DNA of 64,000 nt from the human T2T-CHM13v2.0 reference genome, Homo sapiens, in assembly GCF_009914755.1 (NCBI RefSeq), contig NC_060932.1; one strand, 5' to 3'. A program made the position numbers and the translations under genes. This document shows positions 17,000-33,774 of the stretch, in pieces (the stretch's first letter is position 1; each line of letters begins with the position of its first letter). The notes under the pieces were generated by a model, which was given only the letters and a program-made list of their open reading frames with translations, had not been told where the DNA came from and did not search any database.

Positions 17000-18300
17000 G
17001 ATAAATGGAACATTGTTTAAACTAATCTATATCATGTAGAACAATTTGTGTTAAAAGTACCATGCAACTTTAATATCAAATCTTTATAGTCTACTTGATT
17101 GATTTTCAGTTGAGAGATGCAAAATTCTGAATAAAAATGTATGTATATAGAATATAATACAATATTAAAGACATACACTAGGGCCTGTTGCAGCTTATTT
17201 CAAGAGTCAAAAGGAGGTTTATTTTCAGGAGATCTGTTGATGTAGTGCACACATTAATAAGAGAAAAAAATCAAATAACCATACCATTATATGCTAAAAC
17301 TGCACTTGGTAGAATATAGCAGGCAGTCCTAAAACACCTCTCTGTGTATTAGGAATACAAGAAGGTAAGACAGATAGGGCAGAAAATACTGTCAGAACAA
17401 ACAATATCATCTAAGCAGCAAAACACTCGAAAAGTGTCAATTAAAATCTGGAATTAGATGGATCATTTTGTGATTAATATTATTATACAAGAAGTTTTAA
17501 AAATAGTAGTAAGACAATAAAGTGAATCAAACCAAATTAATATGAGGCAAAAGACATTACACTCTCTATCTTTGCTGATTTTATAATGGCTGATGGGGAA
17601 TACTCAAGAGATTCTAGTTAAAGGAAACTAGAATTAAAAATATGTCTTATGCTGGTTACGTTCAAAATAAATATACAAAAGTCCGTAGCATTTCTTTAAA
17701 CTCACTAAGCATCTAGAGATGAAAAGGGGAAAGACCCCGGTCCACTTACACTCATACCAGCAATCAGGTCTAGTTGATAGAAGGACAGGAACAGCCTGGC
17801 CTTCATACAGAAAATTTAAAACTTTTTGAAAAACACAGCAAAAGGTTCTGACAGAATAGAAAGATATTCCAGATTCTAGCAAGAGAAGACACTGTGCAGT
17901 GCCTTCTTCTGCCATCCCCGTATGCTTCATTCAGTTCAAAATTAAATCCCATCAAAACTTTCTGGATTTGAAAAATCAGTAATCCAAAATTGCTGAGAAA
18001 GAGTTAAAATGTCAGTAGCTGAAGTAGGGAGGGGGATTGTGACTGACAAAAACACACTACAGAGCCAGCACAATCAGGTCGATATTGCCTGGGTGGGAGA
18101 ATAAACAAATTGATCAGTGAAGTAAATTGTGAGCCACCGAATAAAGCCCATGGCCTCAGGAGAGGACTCCCAGCTGCGTGAACGACCTGCAGGGATGTAG
18201 GATCAGTGCCACATTCCCCTGTGACGTTAGGAGAAGGCACTCCAGTCCGCAAAGATTGATCTCACATGCTACCTGACCATATAACCTCAGTAGCAAATCC
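17000..18300 (+). mobile_element. Highly degenerate old L1 ORF2-region remnant (L1M/L1ME-like)
   Basis: A-rich strand with decayed ORF2-like phrases (aaagatattccagattc; aaaattaaatcccatcaaaacttt). Boundaries are approximate. Confidence 0.45.
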
Positions 18301-18347
18301 TAGGTGCTAATATGTATTAATATGTAAGAGCATATTTTACTTTCAGG

Positions 18348-18627
18348 TGTATTAGTCTGCTAAGGCTCTCATAATCAAATACACAGTGGGCGGCTTAAAC
18401 AACTGATATTTATTTCCTCACAGTTCTAGAGGCTGGAAGTCCCAGAGCAAGGTGTGGCTGGGCTGGTTTCTCCTGAGGCCTCTCTCCTGGGTGTGCATAT
18501 GGCCGCCCTCTCTCAGTATCCTCACGTGGGCCTCCTGGTGCCCAACCCTGGCGTCTCCTCCTCTTCTGAATAGTACAGCAGCTCCATTGGATCAGGGCTC
18601 CAATTAGGGGGTCAACATATGAATTTC
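18348..18627 (-). mobile_element. MLT1 (MLT1B-like) MaLR LTR, partial
   Basis: tgtattagtctgctaaggct...gcttaaacaac...tttatttcctcacagttctagaggctggaagtcc...caacatatgaattt is the reverse complement of an MLT1 LTR. Confidence 0.8.
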
Positions 18628-18874
18628 AGCCAGATGCGGTGGCTTATGGCTGTCATCCCAGCACTTTGAGAGGCTGAGGTGGGAGGATTGCTTGGACCAA
18701 GGAGTTTGAGACCAGCCTGAGCAACATGGTGAAACCTTGTCTCTACCACAAAACAAAAAACCCCATAAAAACCAAAAATTAGCCCACAGTGGTTTGTGCA
18801 CCTGTAGTCCCAGCTACTCAGGAGGCTGAGGTGGGAGGCTTACCTGAACCTTGGAGGTTGAGGCTGCACTGTGA
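18628..18874 (+). mobile_element. Alu (AluJ-like), 3'-truncated
   Basis: agccagatgcggtggctta...cctgtagtcccagctactcaggaggctgaggtgggagg...gaggttgaggctgca. No A tail. Confidence 0.9.
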
Positions 18875-19249
18875 CAACGGAAAAAGATGCAACTACACAA
18901 AGACAGAGGAAAGGAAGGAGGCTGAGCAAGAGTGCAGTGTGATGGCCACTTCAAGCCCAGAGACACAGTGGGTGAGGGAGGGCTACCGTGTGCTGAGAGG
19001 TAGGTTTTGTCAAAGTCCCAGCTTTTATTTTAAATGCTGGATCGGTAAATTATGGAAAAACAAGTAACCAAACACTGAACTGAATAAATATAAGAGTGTC
19101 ATTCATAAAATAAAAAGATGATAATCTTTTATGAAGATTATATCATCCAACTTTGCGCTCCTAAGATGTAAATAAATTCCCCAACGACTCTACTTAGAGA
19201 TTCGAGATACTGTTTTAGTCAAGACCAGATGCTCAAAGTTATATGGAAA

Positions 19250-20065
19250 GGTGACAAAAATTCCAGTAAAGTCAACAGACAAGTGATATGGAAAAATATA
19301 CTTGTGAATTTATGTCATATACACAGTGTTCTTACAAATTAAAAGAAAAAGACAAATAAATAGAAAAATAAGCAAAGTTTATGACTTAGCAGGTCATAGA
19401 AGAGCAATGAAAATGACCATTGAACACAGGAATCAACATTTAAAACTACAAGGAGACTGGAAAGTCCCAATTAAAATAGCAATGAGGTATCACTGGTATC
19501 CATCACACTGGTAAAAATTTTAAACAGCAGTAACACTTATACTGCCAAGCAGGGCTATGTGGAAAAGAAGGCACAGATACAGTGTTGCCGGAAATAGAAA
19601 CTGTTACAACATGTTTTTTTTAGAATAGGATGTCAAATTCTATGCAAATTAAATATACCTATGCCCTGTCACCTAGCAACCCACTTCTGACACTATCCCA
19701 CAGAAACACCAGTACCATAAAAGTCTGTATGAACAAGGATGTTCTAGTAACATTGTTCATAGTGACCCAAAGAACTCCTGGAGACAATGAAAGCTCATCA
19801 GTAAGTGTAAAGACATCTTATGATACTATGCAGCCTTAAAACATGTATTTGATTTATGCCAATTAATTCAGTGAGGTTTCCACACAGTGCTGTTGAGTAA
19901 ATAAGATGAATAGACCTCATTTTTTGTAAAGCAAATATTGACCACAACACTTTATACAAATGTTATATAAAAGTATATGCATGCATATATGGAAGCACAT
20001 TCATATGTATTTATATTAATATGGAGGAAATTATGGATGGATACATACCAGGTTGTTTTGAGTTG
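19250..20065 (+). mobile_element. Old L1 3' end (L1ME-like)
   Basis: caatgaggtatcac...acactggtaaaaatttt...ctagcaacccacttct...acattgttcatagt...gatactatgcagcc pattern of the L1 ORF2 end and 3' UTR. Confidence 0.6.
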
Positions 20066-20093
20066 ACCAGTCTAACAATAAAACTATTGTTAG

Positions 20094-20466
<373 letters not shown>

Positions 20467-23210
20467 CCTCTGCATCTTTTATCCATATGTTTATCTTTTC
20501 TCTTGTGTTTATTGTTTTCCATCATGAATATGCATATATTTAAGTTCATTCACAATACGCTTGCTTAAATGGGTCCACTCCTTTGAGATTTATGCTCATT
20601 TTTGGAGCATGGAGCGGAGGACAGTGTGCAAGAAAAGTCACGCTGCATGATTCATAGGTGGGACAGATTGTAGCCTCACAAATCACACCCTGTGACTCGT
20701 AGGCCGACATTTCAGCCACATTTGAACGGCATCACATCGGTTATTTACAGAAATAACAATAAATTACCTATTAACATTTTTAAAAAATATTCTCAATTGT
20801 ACCACTTCCTTTCATATTTGTAGCCTATTTTTGCAATGAAATAGTGAAGTAGTATGCTGGGAAGCTAGGTTGATGGAGAAAATGAAGTTTTTTTTTTTTT
20901 GAATCCAGCTAAAAAAATGGATTGAGCCCCTCCTGTGGACTACACCATGCTGTATGCTATAAGAAATACACTTACAATATGAAATGTTCTCCAAATTAGA
21001 TTGTGAGGTTCTTTAAGGATAGGACGAAAGACAGCTAGACATTCTCGATCGCCCAGTTTTAGAAAGATGAAATCATTTTCCACGTGGAGGGCAGTGAAAG
21101 AGAGGAGCTAAGTTATCAAGCGCCCTCCTCGCTTCTGCTGAGCTGTGGCTGATGCCCTGGCCATGGACCCCCTCAGCCGCTGTCTGTGCGCCTCTCAACA
21201 CGCACGGCTGACTCCAGCGGCACGCCTGCTCCTCGGCCCTTGTGTCTACTGAGTACGACTGAGAATGCGTCTCCTCTCGTCAGTAATCGCTTTCATCGTG
21301 CCACTACTTTACAGAAAGTCTTTCCGGCATATGCAGTGGAAGGCCACGGACCTCCTCATCCTGCTCTTTAGGGTCCATCCATCTTCACTGTGCAAAGCAA
21401 TGGTCCTTCTGGGTGACTTAGACAAAGTCAAAAGAGCTGGGTTCCAGCTTGCCATGTTCTCATCCTCATCTGCTGCTATTTCTGTCTTTAAGCAGTTTAT
21501 GCACCATCCCTACCAGTTTTTAAATTGAATCTGCATAAGATTTGTGAAACGGAGCAATTGGGTAATGGTATCCGGCATCTTCTAAGCACAAAATAAAAGT
21601 GCTTGGAATGGAAGACTTGGCATCTTTCTCCTTTCCTCTTTCAGAGGGTGCAATCTTCCAACTCGGAGAGATGGAGAGATTTGCTGTCACTGTCCTCTCG
21701 GAGCTTTTCCTCTTCAAAACACTCCACAAGCAGGGCAGGCCTTTCTGTGCCCCTCTTCCCTTCCCTTGATGTTTAGCCGGTGTGCGTGTCGTCTCTCTTG
21801 TAGGGGCCTGTCTTTCCTTAGAATTTGGGCTAGTGGGTTGCCCTGAAACCTCAACTCTCCTCTGATTAAGTTGTAATTTTATAGTTTTCCAGCTTTATTC
21901 TTTTTGTTTGAGAAGCAGCAATGTTCCTTCCAGCTTTCTGCACCCTGGGTAGAAGCCGGAAGCTCCCCAAGCAGCAGACTCGCATGCCCATAGGTGATGT
22001 CTGTGACGCGCCACATCCAAACGAAGAGATATCGTTGGAAGACTTGAATCTAGCTGGAAGGCCAATGTTCTTTTCAATGTAATGCCAAAGAAAATTCACA
22101 CTTGTTTGTTCTGTAGAAAAAAGTGACATAATATTATTTTTATTTTTAAATTTACTTATAGTCATATGTGCATGCCTGCTCAAAAATGCTCACCCATCAT
22201 TTGCATAAGTAAATCAGTTTGTATTTAATGTTACAGTTTAAGACTCATGTTTCAGAAATACAATTTTTATTAACTGAATTCAAAGTATCTCATTTATGCC
22301 TTTTATTTTATATTGCAGTCTCTCGTTGGATTTTCCATTCCTGTGATATCGCCCTTGGACTTGGTCTCTCTCAGACATCTCAGAAATTGAGCTGTCATAG
22401 TTAATTAGAGAAAGAAAGACATAAGTTTGGATGTTTATGATAAAATACTCAGACATCTCTAGGAGACCTGGCCTCAGCATTATATTTTCCTGTCCTGTCT
22501 GCAGATGGCCCGATGTTCAGGTTGTTAATTCATTGTGTGCTGTTGCTGAAGTCCTGAGATGCCTGATTGCTTTATTGGTGCCACACAGAGAAGTTTAGCA
22601 CGGAGGCTTTCAGAGGCTGAAGAGGGTAGGTGCCCTGGCACCACCTTTCACTTCAGACCAAGGTTGCTCTCCCTCTCTCTCATGCTTTAATTTATTAATG
22701 GGCTTTGTAGGTTCCGCCGTGCTTCCTGGTGTTTTCAATTTCAGGGTAATCCTCGTTTGGAGGTAAACAGACAAGGCCTGCTTGGGCCAATCCCCCTAAG
22801 ATGGGCTTGAGGAGCTGTGAAGGCTGTTGGTGGGGACATTGGGCTTGCTGAACAGACTGAAAGGTATTTTCGTGTAGGTGGGAACAGCTTAGCACCAGCG
22901 TCATGAATGAGAAATTACAGCTGTGCAAACATGAAGCTTACATGTCACCAGTGAGTCTGAAAACAGACCCACCTGGTCTTTTTATTTTCACCTTACCTTA
23001 AAGATGGGACAAAAGAAGTCTCTGGTTAGTTGAAACTGCTCAAGGCTCAGATTTTTTTTTCCTTTGTTTATTGGTAAGTTTCTTTTCCTTTCATCAACTT
23101 GTTGTTTCACACATTTCAGAATGAAAGGAACTTATGACCACTAGAAATGTACCAGGCACTAGACATAATAAGTCATTTAATTTTCTTTCTTTTTTTTTTC
23201 AAGTCTTCCC

Positions 23211-25345
<2,135 letters not shown>

Positions 25346-28276
25346 TGCCTTCCGAGGTCAGCTCAGACCCTGCACCCAGCAGTCCCGTGTCTGTGTGAGC
25401 CTCTCTTTCTCCAGTGAGCACCCCCCAGTGCATGGCTGCAGGCAGCTCCAAGGGAAAGTCTCAGCACACACTTGCCCTGGGGTGGCCAGGATCTCCTTGT
25501 TGCCACTTCAGCACATTCGATTGGTGTCTTGCACGTTGAAAAAATCACTTAGCATCTCTGAGACGCTGATTGCTCACTCTATGATGGGAAGGAAGACTCT
25601 TTTCTCCCCTGCCTCACAGGACTCCTGGGGAATCAGCAGGCCTTGTGCCTAGGACATCGGGTCAATCAGTGCCAACCTCAATGATACAATGCTAACCAAC
25701 ATGAATTTTCAAAACCAAAACCTGCAAATGAACAACGATTTTATCTGGCGACGAACATTCCGTGTTCTCCTTTGATGAAGGGCTGAGTGGACTTGCGGTG
25801 CCAGTGAGCTTTTCCCGGTCAGACTGTGTACCCAAGCCGAGCATGAATTGGCTTTCCAGCTTTCATGCCTTCTTCCTGCTCTAATGACACTGCTCGCAGG
25901 TTGAACATCCACTGGCAATTTCAGCAGATGCGACCTCAATTTCCACGCAATCATGTCTGTTCTGGCAGCGGGCATCACCGCACAACACTTTTGCTTGGTG
26001 GCTCTGAGGACAGAAGTTACAGCCCGGCGCTGGGGTTTCCTGCCTCGTGGTAACATGAAAATCACCTTGTCAATCAGGCTACCTCTATCCTTTATGAAAT
26101 GGGACCATGACACTGTCACATTACCCCAGGAAGCAAGATAATTGTGCCTCTCTTGACATATGCCTAAATACTTGGTAGCACTTGAACAGCATAATTTTTT
26201 ATTCTCATAAATGTATCAAATATGAATATGGGAGGAGGCTCTGGCAGGCCCCCACTAAGTCACTGAATACTCATTTTATGCTCTTCGTTACCCCTCAGCA
26301 TTGTCTGAAATCACTGCTCTCATATATTAGATCTGTAATATGTTACCATGAACACATTCTTCTCTTCTTGGATTTAAACTGAAACAATTTTGAGTAATAA
26401 ACATGGTGATTTAGAGAATTCAATTATAATCCTAACCATAGAGAAACTAGGGTCTCTAGTTTCTTTGATATAATTCTGACTAACAGAGGGAATTTGTGAC
26501 AAGTTGATGAAAACGTTGACAGATTTCTTTGCTTCTCTCAATCTATCCTTTGGCTTGTTAAAATAAGGCCAAGGTAACAGGTAATTTACTTAGTGATACA
26601 GAGAAGAGTTTTCAAAGGCTGCCATGGAAGCATAACAGAACTATTTCAAACATTTTGGAAACTGTCTAAATTCCCACCTAAAACTTGGACGGCCAATGCG
26701 AATGGAGTGTCTGCCGTGGGCTGGTTCCAGGTGAGCTCAGCTGCAGGTGGAAAGTTGTCTTTCTGCGTGTATGACCTACCCTGCATCTGACTGGGGCACT
26801 TGTTACTCGGGCAGCCTGAATCTCCTGGTGGTGAGGAGGTCAGGTCATCCTGCTGCCGTGTTGTTTAACCCCAGAGCACAGGGGTGATAGTGATGATGTC
26901 AGCGGGGTTAGGTTTTCCGAGCAAGAAACTCTGCAGGTGTCTTGCAGGGGCTGTGGGGAGGTGGCTGGCGTAGGAGGGAAGGCACAGGGGATTCCTTAAC
27001 AAGAGCTGCTTGTTCTTGAAACAAAGGTGGTCTTACCGGGGTATCTATAGCCCCACACCACGTTAGCTGAAGCTGACCTCTGTTGCTATGGACTCATCCT
27101 ACCGGAAAACCAGATCAGACTCAGATGCTGGGTCCTTACTAACTGGTTACAGAGTCTTGGCCTGAGAAGCCAAGAGACCTTGGCGTTATCTCTTCCGATG
27201 TTTCCAGGGAGTGGAAGGGGGTTTACTGAGGAAGGAACTCCCTGTGTAGCCACTGGGCTGGGGGCACTTAATCCCCAAGCCACGCTCTCCTGAGTGGGGC
27301 AGTGCATGTTCCTAACTCTGCTGCGTGGAATCCAAGGATGTCTCTCCAACCACGAGTGTGGGCTGCCTCTGCTGGTCTCAGTTCTCCCTTCTTCCAAAGG
27401 GCAATGGCAGGCTCTGCACAGGCATGCTTTTCTACACACGTGGCTGATGGGGCAGGCGAGGAACTTGAACCATCTAAGACAGTAACCTCAACAGGTTTAG
27501 AACTGAACATTTTAATTAGATGTCAGCTGGGATTGCTTCTGGCCATGAAGGGGGATTAAAGGCTCCTGCCTGCTGATAAACAAATGTGCGTTTAATACCA
27601 GAGTGGCAGTGAGATACCTGACTGAGCTTTGCCACGTGGATTTTTTCAAAACTTCATGAAAACACAGGCGCTTTTGGGATAACACTGCAGACCATGGAGA
27701 TCACGCCCTCCCCTCATTCGGCAGATTAATGAGGCTACCTGGATTTGGGTCTCTCTAGAGTCATACATATGTTATAATTTTTCATTTAGTATTATATGTT
27801 ACAGCATTATAATTGGTAAATACCAATTTGAATATCGAGTCTGACTTAAGGTCATGGAAGTCCCCCGTCACCTAGAAAAATTGCCGTGTTCTATGATTGC
27901 AGCCGCCTCTGTGGAATGGTGTGTGGGGCGCTAGAATTATCCTCCCTGCTCGTAAATAGCTTTTTTTTTTTGGTCTACCAACGTGCCTGAGGCTCTTGTT
28001 ATGGGAGAGCCTTTTCCTTCAGGGGGTGACATTGTTCTGGCCTCCTTAGCTTGAAACTGTTTCCTCCTGGATGCCTGTTGCTGACCTTGGCTGCCCTGGT
28101 CTACACACCTTCCCCATTTCCCAGGATCAGAGCTGGACGTGGAGGCAGATAGCACGGAGAAAGGACACTGTGAGGTCTCAGCAAAGACAGCCCTTGAGAG
28201 CTTCCCAGAGGTTGGGTTCCTGATGGGGATGGTGGCTACATTACTGTGTTCATTTGGCAATAATTCGTAGAGTTTT

Positions 28277-28333
28277 GTATATATATTATATATATATATG
28301 TGTGTGCCTGTATATATATATATATATATATAT
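28277..28333. repeat. (TA)n/(TG)n microsatellite
   Basis: tatatatattatatatatatatgtgtgtgcctgtatatatatatatatatatatata. Confidence 0.9.
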
Positions 28334-28465
28334 AGCTTGTTCACTTTCCATGCGTGTGTTATTTATTTTAAAATACTTTATTTATAGAGTAGGTTTAGTT
28401 TCACAGCAAAATTGAACGCTTCTTCTCTACACACTCCCTGCCTCACTCAGGCACAGCCTCCTCGT

Positions 28466-28600
28466 TAAACTGACATGGCACACTGGCGGGCGTGTCTGAT
28501 CAAAAGCTGCTTTTGCCCCAGGGGCCGTGTTTTAGCTAGTCCTCAATGTGGTCCATTGTCCAAGCCCCACCTCTGGAGTCAAGTTCCACCTCCTACTTCA
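28466..28600 (-). mobile_element. ERV1 LTR 5' fragment (MER66-like)
   Basis: The reverse strand begins TGAAGTAGGAGGTGGAACTTGACTCCAGAGGTGGGGCTTGGACA...GAGGACTAGCTAAAACA, resembling a MER4-group LTR start. The family name is from memory. Confidence 0.55.
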
Positions 28601-29056
28601 CTGTTAATGAAAATAATAATTGAATCATCTTGAAAAAGAAATCTCCAAATGATCCAGTTACACTGTTTCTCATAGACATGCGCTTGGGTGCCTAATAGTC
28701 CTTGTAATAAGAGGGTTATTTTTCACACCTCGCTGAGACCTCCTGACCCACTGCTCCCTAGTGGGTAATGGAGAGGACGTGGGGAAAGAATGTGGGTCCC
28801 AGTCTTCTCATCACAGCCTCATCACCAGCTAGTCCTGTGAATTTGAGCAAATCCTAAATAATTTTATATCACATTTGTCAGTCATGAGAAGGGAATACCC
28901 ATATGTAGCTCTGTGTTTCATTGGATGTATGAAAAAGTCAAATGAGAAAATCACACAAACATGAAGTATAATATGTAAACTATCATGTGGATTAAATGAT
29001 ACAGTGAGAGCTAATTAGGATCACCGTACCTGCATTAATGTAATGTTGCTGCTTCG

Positions 29057-29267
29057 TTTTTTTTTTTTTTTGAGATGGAGTCTCGCTCTGTCGTCCAGGC
29101 TAGAGTGGCGAGGTCTCTGCTCGCTGCAACCTCTGCCTCCTGGTTTCAAGCGATTCTCCTGCCTCAGCCTCCTGAGTAGCTGGGACTACAGGTGTGTGTG
29201 GTCTCAATCTCTTGACCTCGGCCTCCCCAAGTGCTGGGATTACAGGCGTGAACCGCTGTGCCTGGCC
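29057..29267 (-). mobile_element. Internally deleted Alu (~210 bp)
   Basis: Both termini are present but the middle A-rich linker and adjacent segments are missing (ctacaggtgtgtg|tggtctc; ttgacctc|ggcctccc). Confidence 0.88.
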
Positions 29268-30644
29268 GCTTCTGCTTCTTAAGAGTGGTCTTAGATGACA
29301 GTCATAGCACTCACTCGTTATTTTAAGGAGAAGGAGAAGTTTAGAGGTGGGAGAGAGACAGCTGTGGCCTGTCACTGTCTCCGTCACCTCAGAAGTCACT
29401 GGAATCCTTAATTTCTTCTCTGAGAGATGACAGGCTGCCTATGGCGTGCCTAAATTCTTACTCAAGTTTCACAGTCTTCAGTCTTAGTCAATCTTTTCAA
29501 TCATGTGAGGTTGGATTTGCAGGTGAGATCAAGTCACAAAATGCAATTATACTTTGAGTCAAAATTTATTGGGACCAAATTCATGTTCCTCTTGGGAGGA
29601 GGTCTCACTTTCTCTAAAAGAATTTAGGGTAAAGTAATGACTTCCCTGCTTGCAGTGTCATAAAATTATACTGAAACGATCTTTCGGGATAGTGTCTGTT
29701 AGCTATTTATATTTGGGTCCTGTACTGGCAAATGTTTTGGATTTTATGACTTACATTTATTATTGTGTGGAGCCAAGTAGGTCCACATTCAGCAGTGCTT
29801 GTAAGTTATGTCCATGACCGGAAAAAATTATCGCAGAGGTCCTGTGCTTGCCAGGATTTAAGCAGATTAAGGAGTCCTCAGTCAGGTAGATGTCCATGAG
29901 TGAGGTGGTTAGATGAAGGAAATGAAGTCATTCCAAAGCCAGAGGACTCACAGACATGTCTGTGGTCCCGTGTGTGCCTGTACTGTCAAAATGAAGGCTC
30001 GCGATAACCCAGGTTCCTGGGCTACCGTCAAGGGTTTTACTGTGCCTTTTAGGAGACCCTCAAAAGTCTCCTCTTGCCCTTCAATGCCTTCCTTGAGGCA
30101 ATTAGCTATGGGGCTGAACATCCCCAGGTGGTCAAGATAACCTGAGAGGAACCAAATCTCATCGTGTGTAATGAGGGCTTCTTCCTTCTCTTCAGGGACA
30201 TATGTCTTGGAGGAGTTCCCTATCAGTTTGTAGGACGAAAGAATGGTGAGAGACATGGGAAGAGAACAGCTGATCGGATCCCGGTCCTCTTCCTCGAAGC
30301 ATCCATGGAAGGCTCTCGAATGGCTGAATGTCAGGGGTGCTTCATCAGCCTCACTAAAGATGGAGGAGGAGAGGGGTCAAAGCTGGGCTCAGATGAAGCT
30401 AGGACAGTGTGGCAGAGCCCTGGGCTCCCTGCGGGGCATGGGGAAGCCTCTGAGGATGGCTGAACCTTGTGGGGAGGTGAGATTTCCACCCGCTGGTGTC
30501 CCTGCTCCCCTCCCCTGTATGACAGTGTGAGAGGGGAACCATAGCCGGCTCCTTAGCTTTCCACTGGTAAAATGATCACTAACTTGCCCTTTGGGTGATA
30601 ATTTAACTCACATCTTAACCATACAGTTCCCTGATGCCTTAAAT

Positions 30645-30900
30645 CAGTGGTCCCCAACCTTTTTGGCACCAGGAACCCGTGGAAGACAATTTTTCCACGG
30701 ACGGGGTGAGGGGGATGGCTTCAGGTTGACTCAAGCACATTTACGTGTATTGGGCACTTTATTTCTATTATTATTATTACATTATAACATATATTGAAAT
30801 AATTATGCAACTCACCATCACATAGAATCAGTGGGAGCCCTGAGCCTGTTTTCCTGTAACTAGAGGGTCGCGTCTCAGGCTGATGGGTTGAGGACCCCTG
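30645..30900 (+). mobile_element. MER1A-like hAT/Charlie DNA transposon, internally deleted, both TIRs intact
   Basis: TIRs CAGTGGTCCCCAACC / GGTTGAGGACCCCTG. 8-bp TSD ccttaaat (30637-30644) / ctttaaat (30901-30908). Confidence 0.88.
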
Positions 30901-31837
30901 CTTTAAATATCATCACCATTTAATTCCTTTAAAAACATCCATGAAGCACGGACTCGAGCCAGCTATTGTTTTGTTTGCTGGGGCGTAAGCCCACAAACAA
31001 GCCCCGTCCCTGCTGCTGAGGAAGGCCGTGCATTTGTGTCGCCAGGAAGCAGAGTGGCTTCCTGCATGTGCGCGGCTGACCGTGACAGAGCCTGGCACAG
31101 ATGTGGAGAGGGGAGAAGTACATCCCTCCAAGACACCCGGGAGGGCCTCCTGGAAGAGGGGCCCAGGGTGGCTCAGACTCCAAATGTGTGGGAAGTTGAA
31201 TTGGAGGGAGAATTGCTGTCTAGGAGAAGAGCCTGAGAAAAGTCAAAGAATTGTGGGAAAATTTCCCAGAGATCATGGATAATTCAAGACTGAATTTTGT
31301 ACCCCCACCTGGTTGGCATCAGCTGCTGGTCTGTCAGCTATTCTTAGCAGAAAAAAAAAAAATCCCAGACAATATTGTCTATATTTCTCAAAAAAGCCCT
31401 TGCGTTTTGAATGGATATTATTATATCACACCTTAAATTAACAGGGAACCATTTCAAATCCCCATTTGAAGTTTTACTTTACATCAAATTCTCACTAGAC
31501 TGAAAGATCCCCGAGAGTGGGGAGACATTGTTTGCTTCTGTTTATAGAGGCTCAGTACAGTCCCTGGAACTTGACAAGTACTAGCTGTGCTGGCTGAATG
31601 GACGCACATACTTTATATGGCGTCTGGTGACTGTCTCTGACTTTGCAAGGTGTCATGTTTTCTCTACTTTGAAAGGGTTGGGTTTGATCAGTACTTTCTC
31701 AGTTTACTCAGGGAGTCACTTACACAGCACAGCCACCATGAATAGCGAGGATCAACTCTCCTTCCAAGATTTCCTGTCGCTGAAGACAGCACCGCATGGA
31801 TGTATTCATCCTGTCCATGGACTATTGACTGATTCCT

Positions 31838-32143
31838 GTTTTCTCTTTTCTTTTCTTTTGAGATGGAGTCTCACTCTGTCTCCAGGGCTAGAGTGCAGTG
31901 CTGCGATCTCATCTCACTGCAGTCTCTGCCTCCCAGGTTCAAGTGATTTACCTGACTCAGCCTCCTGAGTAGCTGGGACTACAGGCGCCCACTACCACGT
32001 CTGGCTAATTTTTTTTTATTTTTAGTAGAGATGGGGTTTCACCATGTTGGCTAGGCTGGTCTCGAACTCCTGACTTCAAGTGATCCACCCGCCTCAGCTT
32101 CCCAAAGTGCTGGGATTACAGGCCTGAGCCACCGTGCCTGGCC
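31838..32143 (-). mobile_element. Alu (AluS-like), full length
   Basis: gagatggagtctcactctg...gagccaccgtgcctggcc. Confidence 0.95.
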
Positions 32144-33774
32144 CCACTTTCTGTTTTCTATAGTCAAGTATGCATTAAGTAATCCTGATGCACCCATGTA
32201 TCCTGAAAGCAGGTGTTTATCTTGCTTGGTTAACGTGAGAGTAGCATAAGGTAGACACCACAGGTCTGGTTCAGGGCTGCCACACATATTCTCTGTTCCC
32301 ACGTCAAAGACTTCACTGACTTCCCTTGGTCAACCAGAGCATAAGTATGCTTTTTGCTAATGACAACAGATGAACAGGAGGTCATCAGCTGAGCAGAAAT
32401 TATGGTGAGTGTGTTTCATACCTGGGGCCCATGGCTTTGTAATCACTTAGGTTTTTAAATTATTTACATTGTATTTCACCAATGTGCCCTCTTATAGCCC
32501 CTTTTTACTTTAAGTACAGTAGTTGGGAAACTAAGTGACTCATAAGAAACTGAAATTAAAATAGATTTGTATCAGGAGAAGCTGACAGTTTGGAGTTTGA
32601 TAGTCGATAAAAACTTGAAAATTTCTTTCTTTTTATTTGGCCCTGGGGCATAAAGTATTTATTGAGCTGACAAACTCAAGCTGATATACTACAAGAGCAT
32701 TTCATCAATAATATCTCTTTTGCTTATCCAGTAAGTAACCTCAGTATTAAATAGAGAGGAAAAAAAATCACTTGGTGAAGATATCCACTCCCAAACAGCA
32801 ATAGATGGAAAAGGTTATAAATCCAGTTACGATTCAACTAAAGACTAATTGGACCGCTTTCATAAGAATAGATGAGATTTCCTAGCAAGGCAGACAATTG
32901 ATCGTGCCCTGTAATTCCAGACAGTCCTTCTGTCAGAGATGCTGAGAAAGGTCCCACTGAGTCAGGACCTGCCACTGGAACCCTGCGCCTGGCAGGGAAG
33001 GGACCCCAGAGGATGAAGGGCAGGGACTTGGGGTACTGACTTGGCTATGCAATGACCTAATTCTCTAAAAAAATGCAGATTTTGTCATGCCTTATGTCCT
33101 GAATCTGTGAGTATCTCTGTTCTATGTGATAGTGTAGACCGTAGATGCTAGAGGAGCAGCAAGTTGTTTAAACATTTTAAATAAAAAGATCAGGTAATAA
33201 TATTAGGATCTCTTTAGAATTTAGCTAGAAATGAACAGATTTGAATCATCAATGCAAAAAGATCTCCCAATGAATATATTGAAAAATAGTATCATATTGC
33301 AATTTGGAGTAACTATTTTCCCACTTAAATAATTTTATTTTACCAGTTTTGTGTAACGTGAGGATAGTAAATCCTTTTTAATCTACATTTTAATGTCATT
33401 TTGAGGACCCAATACGATGCTAACAAGTGGTTCCACAATCTCAAACTTCCATGTGTGAAATGTTGTATGTGAGGATTTTATCCCTTCCCCAGCAATACTG
33501 ACACTTTCCAGTAAAAAAAAAGATACCAGTTTAGAATTTCTCTACTCTGTAAAATAAAAATAGGGAGAATATGTACTTTTGGCCGCCTTGAGAGGGAAGG
33601 AGCTCTTTCAGAATATTGTTCCTTCGAAGTTGACCCTCCTTGGTGAGGCTGGGCATGCCCAGGGGCAGGGGCTCTGTCTTTCCTGCACAGACATTCCCAT
33701 CGCAGAGCAAATGCAAACATTGAGAGAAGCCACAAATGGTTTGTGTGTGTGCTGCTGCAGTGGAATGCACTGTC

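Noticed and set aside
20990-21960. Possible old L1 5' region or downstream alternative MYOM2 exon
   Set aside because: Too degenerate to assign, and no exon can be supported from sequence alone.
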